From: Candidatus Babelota bacterium
GTDB taxonomy: Bacteria; Babelota; Babeliae; Babelales; JAUPTZ01
Direction of reading: 5' to 3'
Assembly: GCA_030917815.1 (NCBI GenBank)
Contig: JAUPTZ010000010.1
Span: 78,605 to 142,604, forward strand
Length of the DNA: 64,000 nucleotides
Shown here: positions 46,968-55,846 of the stretch, piece after piece
Position numbering within the stretch: position 1 is the first letter of the stretch
How the letters are laid out: every line of letters begins with the position of its first letter
Program-made: the position numbers and the translations under genes
Notes under the pieces: model-generated
Database searches by the model: none
What the model was told of the DNA's origin: nothing
The model's input: the letters and a program-made list of their open reading frames with translations, nothing else

Positions 46968-49289
46968 TTATTCTACCATTGGACTTTGCGTCCCAGAGAG
47001 AGCGTCGTCAGCCGTCGTCTGCACCTGAATAACAAATTGATCTGGTGGAAACTCGGTTGCCATTACCGGCTGTATCACTTCAATTTCCACTTCGACCTGC
47101 TGGGGCTGCAGGACAATCGGTTCAAATTCTTTAGTTTGTCGCTCTGGAATGGCAATATCAGTCGAAGCTTCACTTAATAATTGAAGCGCCATCTCAAGAG
47201 AACGCAACACTTCAGTATGATCAGGTTCTTGCTGACAATCACGAACCAAACACAACAAATCAACCAGCTGCTGGTGCACATGCCGTACATTATGAGCCGA
47301 GTTATGCAACTGATTATAGTCGGCAAGTAACTTGTCACCAAACGTAGCCATTTGTGAAAGAAGATGTGCATGTGTAGCGGCTCGACGCGTATCATCGGCA
47401 TGCAACCTACGGGCCTTTTCAAGCGTTGCTTGAAGCTTAGCCATCTCGCCATAAGCGGCACGACGCTCATTCAATTCTTTTTGATGAAGCTGCAACATCT
47501 CCATAAGCATCGCAACCTTACGTTGAGATTTTTCGGTCAATTTAATCACCTGTTCTTTAAACGAATCAACGGTAACGTTCAAGCCTTCGTTTTGGCCGCT
47601 CAAATCGGCCACCGCTTTTTGCAACGTTTCGATTTGCGAGCGATAGGTACCACACTCCTGCTGCGCCTGCTCAAGCTGGTTAGCATACACCGACACTTGC
47701 TCAAGAACCTGAAGATTAACCTCTTTAGCGCTCTTAACTTCAAGTTCTAATTCGATACTTTCTTTTTGCTTCTCTTCAAACAATTCCCCCAACACACGAC
47801 ACTTGTCCTGCAAGGTATTCAGCTGATCAGTCAACACAGTTACCACTTCGGTGCTAGTACGACGAAGCTGTGCAATCTCTTGATTTACCTGCGCCAAGGA
47901 AATCTCAAGCTCTGCCTGCTTGCGTGCTTTTGACTCAACAGCAGCACGTAGTTCTTTCTCGGTTACCGCTTTATCGGTCAACTGCTCTGCTAACGTTATT
48001 AAGCGCGACTGTGAGCGAGTAGTTAATATTTTCATGTGCTCAGAAATTTGCGCCAGCTGAATCTCAAGCTCAGCTTTATCACGCTCCTTATTTTCAAGAA
48101 CTTCAATCAATGATCCGCGCTCTTGTGCATGCGCCTCGTCTTTTGCTCCAAGCGCTTGTGTATAGGCTTGCTCCTGAGCACCAATTTGGATAAGCATCTC
48201 ATCACGCTCTTTTTTCATCTTTATTAATTGACCTTCCATCGAGACAATTTGCTCAGACTTTTCGAGTACCGATTCCTGGGCAGCACCTTCTTGATTCAAC
48301 TTTGTTTCAAGTTCTGCGATGCGCGATTCAAGATTAACCACCTTCTCTTTTTCGGTAACAATTGTGATATCACGCTTACCCGGTGCGACATCAATGCTAA
48401 TCTTATGTACCAGATTCTCAATTACATCAGCTGCAAGAAAAATCGAAGGATTTGGACTATTTTGCATATGATTGTTGATCTCATAAAGAGCCATCAATCG
48501 AAGCTGTGATTGTACTTTTGCAGGGAAATGGTACTCATTAACCATATCAAGAATAAGATCATCTGCTTGGCGCTGTGCATCAACAACAGCAGCAACCGCA
48601 TTTCGTTTTGTTACAACCGCATTATATGCTTCATCAAAGAAGAACTCTGCTTCGGCAACTTTTTGAGTCAACCAAGCCTGCTGTTCATTGAATAGGGCAA
48701 TGAAGTTCTGCCGCTCAACACGGATAACCTCACCCTCCATAACCACGGTACGAATAAATCCGGCATCTTTTTCAAAATCTTTTGCAATTTCCCTACGCCA
48801 TTCTTTCGTAATAGGTGTACGGCCAGCTTTTTTATCTTCTTTAGCCTCTTCTTCTAACGCTACCTTAAGCGCAGCCGCCTTACGCTCTGCATCGGTAATA
48901 ATCAATCGAGCTTTCTCTTCGGCTTGCTTCGACGCTTCGGCCGCCTCTTCCCGAGCCTTCTGCTCAAGAAGCACCTGCTGTTTAGCATCACGGGCCAACA
49001 TCTCTTCACGGCGACGCTCAAAGCGCGATTGATGCCGTCTCACTTTTGCTTCAAGCTCTTCTTCGGTGCGCTTAGCGAGACGTTTTTCGTGCTCCGCTTT
49101 TCGCTTTGCCTCTTCCACAAGCATATCAATATCGCGATATTGGCCGGTTAAACGATCAAGGTCGGGTGCCGCCTTTTTCTCCACAACCGGCTGCACAACT
49201 TTAACCGCTGCCTTACGTGGTGCACGACGTGCACAGAGTTCATAAGAAGGAAGACACAAAACAGTACATAAAAGGAGTAAAAGAATCAT
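46968..49289 (-). CDS. exported long coiled-coil protein (773 aa)
   Basis: Signal-like 'MILLLLLCTVLCLPSYELCA', then a K/E/A/R-rich region and about 450 aa of heptad-like sequence. Confidence 0.6.
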   Translation of the reverse strand: MILLLLLCTVLCLPSYELCARRAPRKAAVKVVQPVVEKKAAPDLDRLTGQYRDIDMLVEEAKRKAEHEKRLAKRTEEELEAKVRRHQSRFERRREEMLARDAKQQVLLEQKAREEAAEASKQAEEKARLIITDAERKAAALKVALEEEAKEDKKAGRTPITKEWRREIAKDFEKDAGFIRTVVMEGEVIRVERQNFIALFNEQQAWLTQKVAEAEFFFDEAYNAVVTKRNAVAAVVDAQRQADDLILDMVNEYHFPAKVQSQLRLMALYEINNHMQNSPNPSIFLAADVIENLVHKISIDVAPGKRDITIVTEKEKVVNLESRIAELETKLNQEGAAQESVLEKSEQIVSMEGQLIKMKKERDEMLIQIGAQEQAYTQALGAKDEAHAQERGSLIEVLENKERDKAELEIQLAQISEHMKILTTRSQSRLITLAEQLTDKAVTEKELRAAVESKARKQAELEISLAQVNQEIAQLRRTSTEVVTVLTDQLNTLQDKCRVLGELFEEKQKESIELELEVKSAKEVNLQVLEQVSVYANQLEQAQQECGTYRSQIETLQKAVADLSGQNEGLNVTVDSFKEQVIKLTEKSQRKVAMLMEMLQLHQKELNERRAAYGEMAKLQATLEKARRLHADDTRRAATHAHLLSQMATFGDKLLADYNQLHNSAHNVRHVHQQLVDLLCLVRDCQQEPDHTEVLRSLEMALQLLSEASTDIAIPERQTKEFEPIVLQPQQVEVEIEVIQPVMATEFPPDQFVIQVQTTADDALSGTQSPMVE

Positions 49290-49390
49290 GAGCCATCCCT
49301 TTTAACACAATAACCTATCGAAAAATTCACATTAATGGCTTTTAGGGTAGCGTGCCATACCAGCAAATTGCAATCGTACGGCTTTTCTTC

Positions 49391-49419
49391 TTACACAATC
49401 GCATTAATCAGGCTACAAT
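49391..49419 (+). promoter_or_regulatory. sigma70-like promoter placing the transcription start at or next to the feoB ATG
   Basis: TTACAC, a 17-nt spacer, then TACAAT (49414-49419). Only 8 nt (agcattct, no Shine-Dalgarno) precede the ATG at 49428. Confidence 0.4.
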
Positions 49420-49427
49420 AGCATTCT

Positions 49428-51197
49428 ATGAATGCAAAAATCTTAAAAACTGTCGTTTTAGTTGGCAATCCCAATGTAGGTAAAAGCTCGTTATTCTATC
49501 GCCTAACCGGAACCCATGTGGTTACCGGCAATTTTCCTGGCACCACCCTCTCCGTAACCCGAGGCACACTGATCACTCACCACCATCGAACCGAATATGC
49601 CTATGAAATTATAGACCTACCAGGCATGTATTCGCTCACCGAGCAAACCACTACCGTTATTAAAGGTGCCCTTTTTGTCCTTTCCCAAGCCGATATTATC
49701 ATTAACGTAATCGACAGTACTCAGCTCAAGCGCAATCTTTACCTCCACTGCCAGCTAGCCGCGCTCAATAAACCAATGATCGTTGCCCTCAACCTCTACG
49801 ATGAAGCCGGCTATAATGGCATTCATATAAATACTGACTCACTTGCCTTACGGCTCAACTGCCCGGTTATCCCCACGGTCAGTATCTCAGGAAACGGGGT
49901 AATGGCGCTCATTAAAACACTCACCGGACTACCTCTAACCATTGATAAGCCGGCCACTACTACGCCCGACCGCCCAAGCTGGCAAGACATTACTCAGCAT
50001 ATCGCCGCAGTACAAACGGTTACCTGGCGACGAAAAACGCTCCTTGAACACATCACTACCTTAAGCGTGCACCCTTTATGGGGCTCGATCCTTGCTTTCA
50101 TGGTTTTTGGGGGCACTCTTACCTTACTCTTCATGCTAAGCGCTTCAATGGAAGCAACTATCTTATCGGTCTTTAATTTTTTCTTGGAATGGCCGCTCCG
50201 CGCCCTACACGCTATTCTCGAAAATCATCGATTTCTTCAAACCTTCCTCATCGGCGACATTTCCGGCTCACCTATCGATTTTGAAAATGCCATGGGAATT
50301 CTGACTACCGGATTCTATATCCCTCTCGGTCAAGTTGCCCCTCCGGTTATTGCTTTTTACGCAACTATGGGATTATTGGAAGATAGCGGTTATTTGCCAC
50401 GCATCGCCTATGTGGCCGATACACTCATGCATCGTTACGCGCTCCATGGCGCGGCTATCATTCCGATGCTTATGGGAGCTGGCTGCAATGTCACCGGCAT
50501 TATCGGCACTCGAATCCTTGAGAATCGGCAACAACGAATTATCGCCGCAACACTCATTGCCATCGCCATTCCGTGTGCTTCTCAAACCGGATTCATTGTT
50601 GCCATGGCAGGCAGGATGGGCGGCATGCTCATCGCTTGCCTCATCCTCTCACTGGTTACTCTTTGGCATCTGATCGGTCTTTTTCTTGGCATACAGCGGC
50701 GGAATAATTATCAGGAGCTCATTATGGAAATGCCACCGTTGCGACTCCCTCGCATTCGTCCCTCATTGCGCAAATTGCTGCATCGGGTAAAAAACTTCCT
50801 CTCAGATGCGATTCCCATTACTATTATCGGTATCGCCATTGTATTGCTTCTTACCCACACCGGTCTCCTTACCATCATCGCGCAAACATTATTCTCTTGG
50901 ACAAGAACGATTTGGGGATTGCCGCAAGAAGTGGTCCCCGCTCTCTGTATGGGACTTTTTCGCAAAGAAATTGCCTTAACTTTTTTACGAGCCATACCGT
51001 CATTAACACGATCTCAGGCCTTTACCGCAACACTAATTCTTACCCTCTGGTTTCCCTGCGTTTCAGTATATGCAATTTTATACAAAGAGTTTGGACTTAA
51101 AACAGTCTGCCTTATGACACTCCTCATGGGACTCGTGTCTGGTATGGCTGGTGTTATAGCACATATGGTATTCACCACATTTTGGTACACCACATGA
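49428..51197 (+). CDS. feoB: ferrous iron transporter FeoB
   Basis: G1 'GNPNVGKSS', G2 'PGTT', G3 'DLPG', G4 'NLYD', followed by a polytopic membrane domain. Confidence 0.9.
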   Translation: MNAKILKTVVLVGNPNVGKSSLFYRLTGTHVVTGNFPGTTLSVTRGTLITHHHRTEYAYEIIDLPGMYSLTEQTTTVIKGALFVLSQADIIINVIDSTQLKRNLYLHCQLAALNKPMIVALNLYDEAGYNGIHINTDSLALRLNCPVIPTVSISGNGVMALIKTLTGLPLTIDKPATTTPDRPSWQDITQHIAAVQTVTWRRKTLLEHITTLSVHPLWGSILAFMVFGGTLTLLFMLSASMEATILSVFNFFLEWPLRALHAILENHRFLQTFLIGDISGSPIDFENAMGILTTGFYIPLGQVAPPVIAFYATMGLLEDSGYLPRIAYVADTLMHRYALHGAAIIPMLMGAGCNVTGIIGTRILENRQQRIIAATLIAIAIPCASQTGFIVAMAGRMGGMLIACLILSLVTLWHLIGLFLGIQRRNNYQELIMEMPPLRLPRIRPSLRKLLHRVKNFLSDAIPITIIGIAIVLLLTHTGLLTIIAQTLFSWTRTIWGLPQEVVPALCMGLFRKEIALTFLRAIPSLTRSQAFTATLILTLWFPCVSVYAILYKEFGLKTVCLMTLLMGLVSGMAGVIAHMVFTTFWYTT

Positions 51198-51601
51198 TTG
51201 GCATAGACCTCGTTTACATCCCCCGCTTCACGCGGTGGCTTTCCTACTCAGACAATCAACTACTGACCATTTTTTCTTGTCGCGAGCTTGAGGAGTGCAG
51301 AAGACGTACCCCAAAAGAGGCCGAATTTCTTGCTTCACGATTCGCGGTAAAAGAGGCATTTTACAAAGCACTCAGTACAACCTGCGCAACGATCACACAC
51401 ATTCAGCCGTTTGGGCTACGCACTATTGCTCGATTTGTAGAAATAACACCGGATGCCCGATGGGGATGTCCTCTATTGCTCTTCAGTGCACAAGAGTTTT
51501 ACACGGCGACCGGCATTCGGCTCCCTACGCTAACGGCACAGATCAGCCTATCTCATGATCATGACTACGCTATCGCTCAAGTCGTGATAACGTTAGTCTA
51601 A
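51194..51601 (+). CDS. acpS: holo-[acyl-carrier-protein] synthase
   Basis: 'MIGIDLV', 'RFAVKEAFYKAL' and 'SLSHDHDYAIAQVVI'. The ATG overlaps the feoB stop (ATGA). Confidence 0.85.
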   Translation: MIGIDLVYIPRFTRWLSYSDNQLLTIFSCRELEECRRRTPKEAEFLASRFAVKEAFYKALSTTCATITHIQPFGLRTIARFVEITPDARWGCPLLLFSAQEFYTATGIRLPTLTAQISLSHDHDYAIAQVVITLV

Positions 51602-52209
51602 CTACCCGATTTGGCAGCGGCCGTAGTTTTATCTGTATTCGTCGCCTTATCAGTACTTGCGCCGGCTAACCCGGAAAAATCGACCGGTGCAAGTAATATA
51701 GCCAAATCTGCCGCATCAGCGTCTGCGGCCATACTCGCATTCATGAACGTGTCCATATCGCTAACTTTTTTTTTCAAGAACGACTCCACTGCCTGCCGCG
51801 ATGTTAAATCGGCAAGACGATCATTTAATAAGGTGAGATCGGCTGTTGCTTTGTCAAAATCGGCTTTAGCCGACGCATATTGTGTATCCAGTGTGCTACT
51901 TTGATCATCACCAAGTGTTTTTCCAACAGCGCCAACATTTTTTGCATCACTTCTTTGCTTATCAAGGCTATCAAGCTTTGCCTGAAATGCTGCAACATCG
52001 GTCTTTTTGCTGGCAACTTTGCCGGTCAAATCAACTATTTTTTGGCCAAGTGTTGCTATGTCATCATCAAGTGGCGTTAATTTTGACGATGAAGGCGCAT
52101 CACCTGCTGCACTTGTTGTGCTCGATGAATCAGAAGAAGAAGTGCTTGCATCAATGGCGCTGCCGCCAAATACCATTACGCACAGAAAGACGAGACCGAA
52201 GAAGTTCAT
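51598..52209 (-). CDS. exported Ser/Thr/Asp-rich coiled-coil protein
   Basis: The ATG at 52209 has an AGGA RBS. Signal-like 'MNFFGLVFLCVMVFGGSAIDA', then a low-complexity 'STSSSDSSSTTSAAGD' stretch. Confidence 0.55.
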   Translation of the reverse strand: MNFFGLVFLCVMVFGGSAIDASTSSSDSSSTTSAAGDAPSSSKLTPLDDDIATLGQKIVDLTGKVASKKTDVAAFQAKLDSLDKQRSDAKNVGAVGKTLGDDQSSTLDTQYASAKADFDKATADLTLLNDRLADLTSRQAVESFLKKKVSDMDTFMNASMAADADAADLAILLAPVDFSGLAGASTDKATNTDKTTAAAKSGS

Positions 52210-52339
52210 ACACAAATCCTTTAAACCACAAAAGATAATCACCATACTTTAAAAAAAGTACCGCTATCATTGTCAATGAATGTCTTTACCTAGAAAGAAT
52301 TTAGCTGCATAATACCGGCCTCATTAGGAGGAGAGAACT

Positions 52340-52849
52340 ATGAAAATTTCAGAAGTCCAGGCGAATCTCTATACGCTTGCAGTCGATGCAATGAAACGAG
52401 CATACAATCCCTACTCACACTATAGCGTAGGCGCGGCCCTACAGACAACTGATGGCATTATCTCGGCCGGATGCAACGTAGAAAACGTCTCCTATCGCCT
52501 CACACTCTGCGCTGAAGCAAACGCCATTGGGGCACTTATTGGGAGCAATGGTCATGCAACACTACAACATATTTTGATCGTTGCCAGTGGATCGGGGTTC
52601 CCCTCTCCGTGCGGCGCCTGTCGACAAATCATTGCCGAGTTCTCTCATCCAGAAACCGAGGTACATTTGGCGCGTGCAAAAGAAAATAATGCCGGATTTG
52701 ATGTCAGAACGTATCGCATCAGTGCACTGCTACCGCTTAGTTTTAGCCAATATATGATGACCGAGCAACCAAGCACAGAGCAGCCAAGCGTCGCTGAGCA
52801 ACCGGTTGAAACGTTACAGAAAAGCTCAATACCGCACACCTCTGCTTAA
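52340..52849 (+). CDS. cdd: cytidine deaminase with a Pro/Glu/Gln-rich C-terminal extension
   Basis: 'CAEANAI' and 'PCGACRQIIAEF' zinc motifs. The tail is 'TEQPSTEQPSVAEQPVE'. Confidence 0.85.
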   Translation: MKISEVQANLYTLAVDAMKRAYNPYSHYSVGAALQTTDGIISAGCNVENVSYRLTLCAEANAIGALIGSNGHATLQHILIVASGSGFPSPCGACRQIIAEFSHPETEVHLARAKENNAGFDVRTYRISALLPLSFSQYMMTEQPSTEQPSVAEQPVETLQKSSIPHTSA

Positions 52850-52861
52850 AAGAGTTTGGGC

Positions 52862-53662
52862 ATGAATGATCTCATTCGCCTTTATGCGCGTCATTGGAAT
52901 ATCCGCAACCTCACCCTGCAGACTCAATCAGGGCCCAATTACATCGCCAAAGGCTTTCAAGGCGAAAAACATATTGTGCTGAAAACAAGTGCAAACGCTC
53001 GCTCTTTAGCACAAGAAGCGAGAGCACTCAGGGCATTTGAAGGTTATGGTACGGTGCAACTCCTTGCACAAGAAGCACATGCACTACTCTTACAATGCGC
53101 AGACCCCGGGCAATCGCTATGTTCCCTGTTTCCAGAGAAAGATCATGCATCAATTCTCATTACAGCTGCCTGCATGAAGCAACTTCATACAGCACCACTC
53201 GACCCTCATTTCAAAACCCTCGCCGATCGAGTTGCTATCCTCGCTCACGAATGGGCGGTACCAGAACATCTTCTAAAGAAAGCAAGAATGCTTACCAAAG
53301 AATTGCTCGATACCACGCCACCAGCAGTAATGCTCCATGGGGACTTACACCACAGCAACATAGTACGAAATAATGATGCATGGCTCGTCATTGATCCCAA
53401 AGGTTTAATCGGTGACCCGACATATGAAGCGGCCGCGTTTATAGTAAATCCCAAGCCGCAGCTCATTAGAGAGCCGATGATAGAAAAAATCTTGGTTGAT
53501 CGAATAGAGCTCTTCGCACAAAAACTACACTGCGAAAAAGCACGTATTGCCTCGTGGGCTTATGTTCACACAATACTTGCGTGGATTTGGGCGCTGGAAG
53601 ATGGACAGAATTACACATACTGGAAAGAGGTTGCCCCAAGATTAAATTTCTTAATCAGATAG
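52862..53662 (+). CDS. aminoglycoside/streptomycin 6-kinase-like phosphotransferase (APH(6) family)
   Basis: 'MLHGDLHHSNIVRNNDAWLVIDPKGLIGDPTYEAA' is the family catalytic/Brenner region. Confidence 0.7.
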   Translation: MNDLIRLYARHWNIRNLTLQTQSGPNYIAKGFQGEKHIVLKTSANARSLAQEARALRAFEGYGTVQLLAQEAHALLLQCADPGQSLCSLFPEKDHASILITAACMKQLHTAPLDPHFKTLADRVAILAHEWAVPEHLLKKARMLTKELLDTTPPAVMLHGDLHHSNIVRNNDAWLVIDPKGLIGDPTYEAAAFIVNPKPQLIREPMIEKILVDRIELFAQKLHCEKARIASWAYVHTILAWIWALEDGQNYTYWKEVAPRLNFLIR

Positions 53663-53690
53663 CGGTTTGTCTTCAGTAGTAAAATTCAAC

Positions 53691-53941
53691 GGCTACGCAC
53701 TCGGGGCGAACCTCAGTCGCTTCCCGCCACCGCTCCTGCGGAGCTAAGGCGCGGCGCGACGTAGCCTCGGCAAAGTCGGCAAACATACGTTTTTGGCGTT
53801 CGTAGCGCCAAAAGCCGTAACTCGCTTGGTGAGGTGCCCCGACTCTCCTTCGCCGGAAAACCACTGAGACTATCTGCCGAAGTGAGTCAGCTTCACGCAG
53901 GAAAGCGAGAGAGGGGTGTTTGAGCGACCGCGTGAATCGCT
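53691..53941 (-). ncRNA. candidate structured RNA of unknown class (G+C-rich)
   Basis: It fills the gap between convergent genes. Hand-found helices: 53691-53697/53760-53766; hairpins 53732-53744, 53791-53813 and 53923-53941; an interrupted 12-bp helix 53837-53853/53905-53916. Wobble pairs are valid only in the minus sense. Confidence 0.3.
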
Positions 53942-53995
53942 GGCCACGATAGGCAGCGCAGTTGCACGAGTGAAAAGATTACTTTGCTTTAAGTA

Positions 53996-55624
53996 TTAAA
54001 AAATCTCGTCCACCAACGTATCGAGCTTCTGCACCGCAATCCCGGCCATCATATCTGAGTAGAACGTCTCATCATATTCACGAGTTCTCACAACCACCGG
54101 CATTGGTACCGCATGCCCCATGACCAGTACCTGCTTCTTCGTATCAAGCGTTGCAAGAATCGCTCGCAATCCATTGCCATTGCTCACCCCGGTCAACACC
54201 GCTTGGATATCTTTATCATCGGAAAGCAGTGCAACAATCTTGGTACCAACCTGTGAAATAATTTCCTGATCGATACCAGATGGACGCTGATCAACAATCA
54301 ACAGCGATACATAATACTTACGCATTTCACGGGCAATCACGCCAAAAATGGTTTGTTTGGCCGCTTGCGGATTGAGGAACTTATGAGCCTCCTCAATCGT
54401 AATCATAAGTTTTTTTGGTTCATCGGCTGCGTGCTGCGTTGATAAAAATTTCTCTGTTTTAGCCACATAAATATCATGAAGGCGTCGCGTAATAATGTTA
54501 GAAATCAGCAAGTAGCACAGAAGCGAGGTATGATTACCAAACTCAAGCACCACATGAATTCCTCGATCAAGATACTCAAATAAAGTTTCAATAACCGAAT
54601 GCCCCATCGTTTCTTTACGAAGAAAAGGAAATTTCTCCAACCGCTTCAGCTTACGATACAACGCGGCCACCGATTCGGCATGAGCACCAATCTCTTCAGC
54701 AAATTCTTTTGCGTTAGCCCCCTTATCCAACAACACCGACAGCCATTGTTTTTTGTATTTATTGGCAATCAAATAAGCGGCTTCAAGCGCGGTTGGATGC
54801 AGATTGAGCTCATCTTGCAATGGCATCACATCTTCAACACGAATGTCATCGAAACTTAAAAACACTTCCACATCGGGCGCACAGCCTCGACGACGGGTCG
54901 ATTCAGGATCAAGAGAAAAAATAGCCACTTTATCGGGGAATAACGTTTTTAAACCTTTTACAAAAACAATGCCCTCGCCCTCTTTACGGGCTTGCATCCC
55001 ATATTCAGAATGCATATCAAATACGAGATTTACGGCGGCCTGACTCTTCACCAGTCCTGCTAAGATTAAACGGGTTATAAACGTCTTACCGGTCCCAGTT
55101 TTTCCAAAAATACCATTCGAACGCTCCGCAAAGAGATTCAGATCAAGGCAGATTGGCGTATCCATATCAAGCGGCTTACCTATACTAAAATATTTACGAT
55201 GCGATACCTCAGAACCAAAAATGTGAGCAACATCGGTCGCGCTGGCTTCATATACATCGGCAAAATGAGACGGTATCGTTTTTACCGGCATACGAGCGTG
55301 CGTAGCATGATCAAGCATTAACATAGGTCGCAGCATCACCGTTGCATAAATGTCTCGCTTGCTCAACATCGCATGCAAAAGAATTTCCTGTTTCGACGGT
55401 GGGAAAAGAAGAATGTCTTGATTGGTAACCTGCAACTGAATGTCGGTAATAAGAGAAAAGAAACTATACATAGCGCCACGAACACAGGCGAACTTACCTG
55501 TCTTAATCGATTCAAGCGGATAATCGGCCGCTAAGCGCATGGTCAATCCTTCGGTCAACGAGCCACCCACGATGGTACCAAGCTGTCGAACATTTGTTTC
55601 AAATTTCTTTTTCGGGAGCATCAT
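53996..55624 (-). CDS. HerA-like (DUF87) ATPase
   Basis: N-terminal barrel-like region, Walker A 'GIFGKTGTGKTF', Walker B 'LMITIEEAHKFL', and 'LLIVDQRPSGI'. Confidence 0.75.
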   Translation of the reverse strand: MMLPKKKFETNVRQLGTIVGGSLTEGLTMRLAADYPLESIKTGKFACVRGAMYSFFSLITDIQLQVTNQDILLFPPSKQEILLHAMLSKRDIYATVMLRPMLMLDHATHARMPVKTIPSHFADVYEASATDVAHIFGSEVSHRKYFSIGKPLDMDTPICLDLNLFAERSNGIFGKTGTGKTFITRLILAGLVKSQAAVNLVFDMHSEYGMQARKEGEGIVFVKGLKTLFPDKVAIFSLDPESTRRRGCAPDVEVFLSFDDIRVEDVMPLQDELNLHPTALEAAYLIANKYKKQWLSVLLDKGANAKEFAEEIGAHAESVAALYRKLKRLEKFPFLRKETMGHSVIETLFEYLDRGIHVVLEFGNHTSLLCYLLISNIITRRLHDIYVAKTEKFLSTQHAADEPKKLMITIEEAHKFLNPQAAKQTIFGVIAREMRKYYVSLLIVDQRPSGIDQEIISQVGTKIVALLSDDKDIQAVLTGVSNGNGLRAILATLDTKKQVLVMGHAVPMPVVVRTREYDETFYSDMMAGIAVQKLDTLVDEIF

Positions 55625-55846
55625 AACTATCTTGCCTTCGCTTCATACCAATCGCGTTTTAACCATCTGTGCCAACATACTACAAAGATAACGCTTAAAG
55701 TAAAAGTACTTTTACAGCTCCATCAATACAATACCGCCCATCTTCATTAAATTCTTCTCTCGCACCTCAATAAAAGCCTAATCTACTGGTTGTATAGTGC
55801 TCGATATTGCACGTACATTCATAGGCACAAGTCACCAAGGATTTTT

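Noticed and set aside
53876-53884. A 9-mer 'gccgaagtg' in the G+C-rich element is identical to the 5' end of tRNA-Leu(CAA).
   Set aside because: A single 9-nt match, on the opposite strand, is expected by chance in 64 kb. No extended tRNA-like fold surrounds it.
53663-53995. Assignment of the G+C-rich element to RNase P RNA, tmRNA, SRP RNA, 6S RNA or 5S rRNA.
   Set aside because: RNase P was tempting: 'GAAGCUGAC' resembles the E. coli M1 5' end, and 'GGAGAGUCGGGGC'/'GCCCCGAG' resemble P4. But only about 125 nt separate the would-be P4 strands, far too little for the specificity domain. For tmRNA there is no GGGG...UCGAC 5' end, T-loop/CCA 3' end or plausible tag ORF ending in hydrophobic residues. 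For SRP there is no 'GGAA..AGCAGCC' domain IV. The branched fold is unlike 6S. The matches to 5S words (CGUAGCGCC, GCCGAAGUGA) are not collinear.
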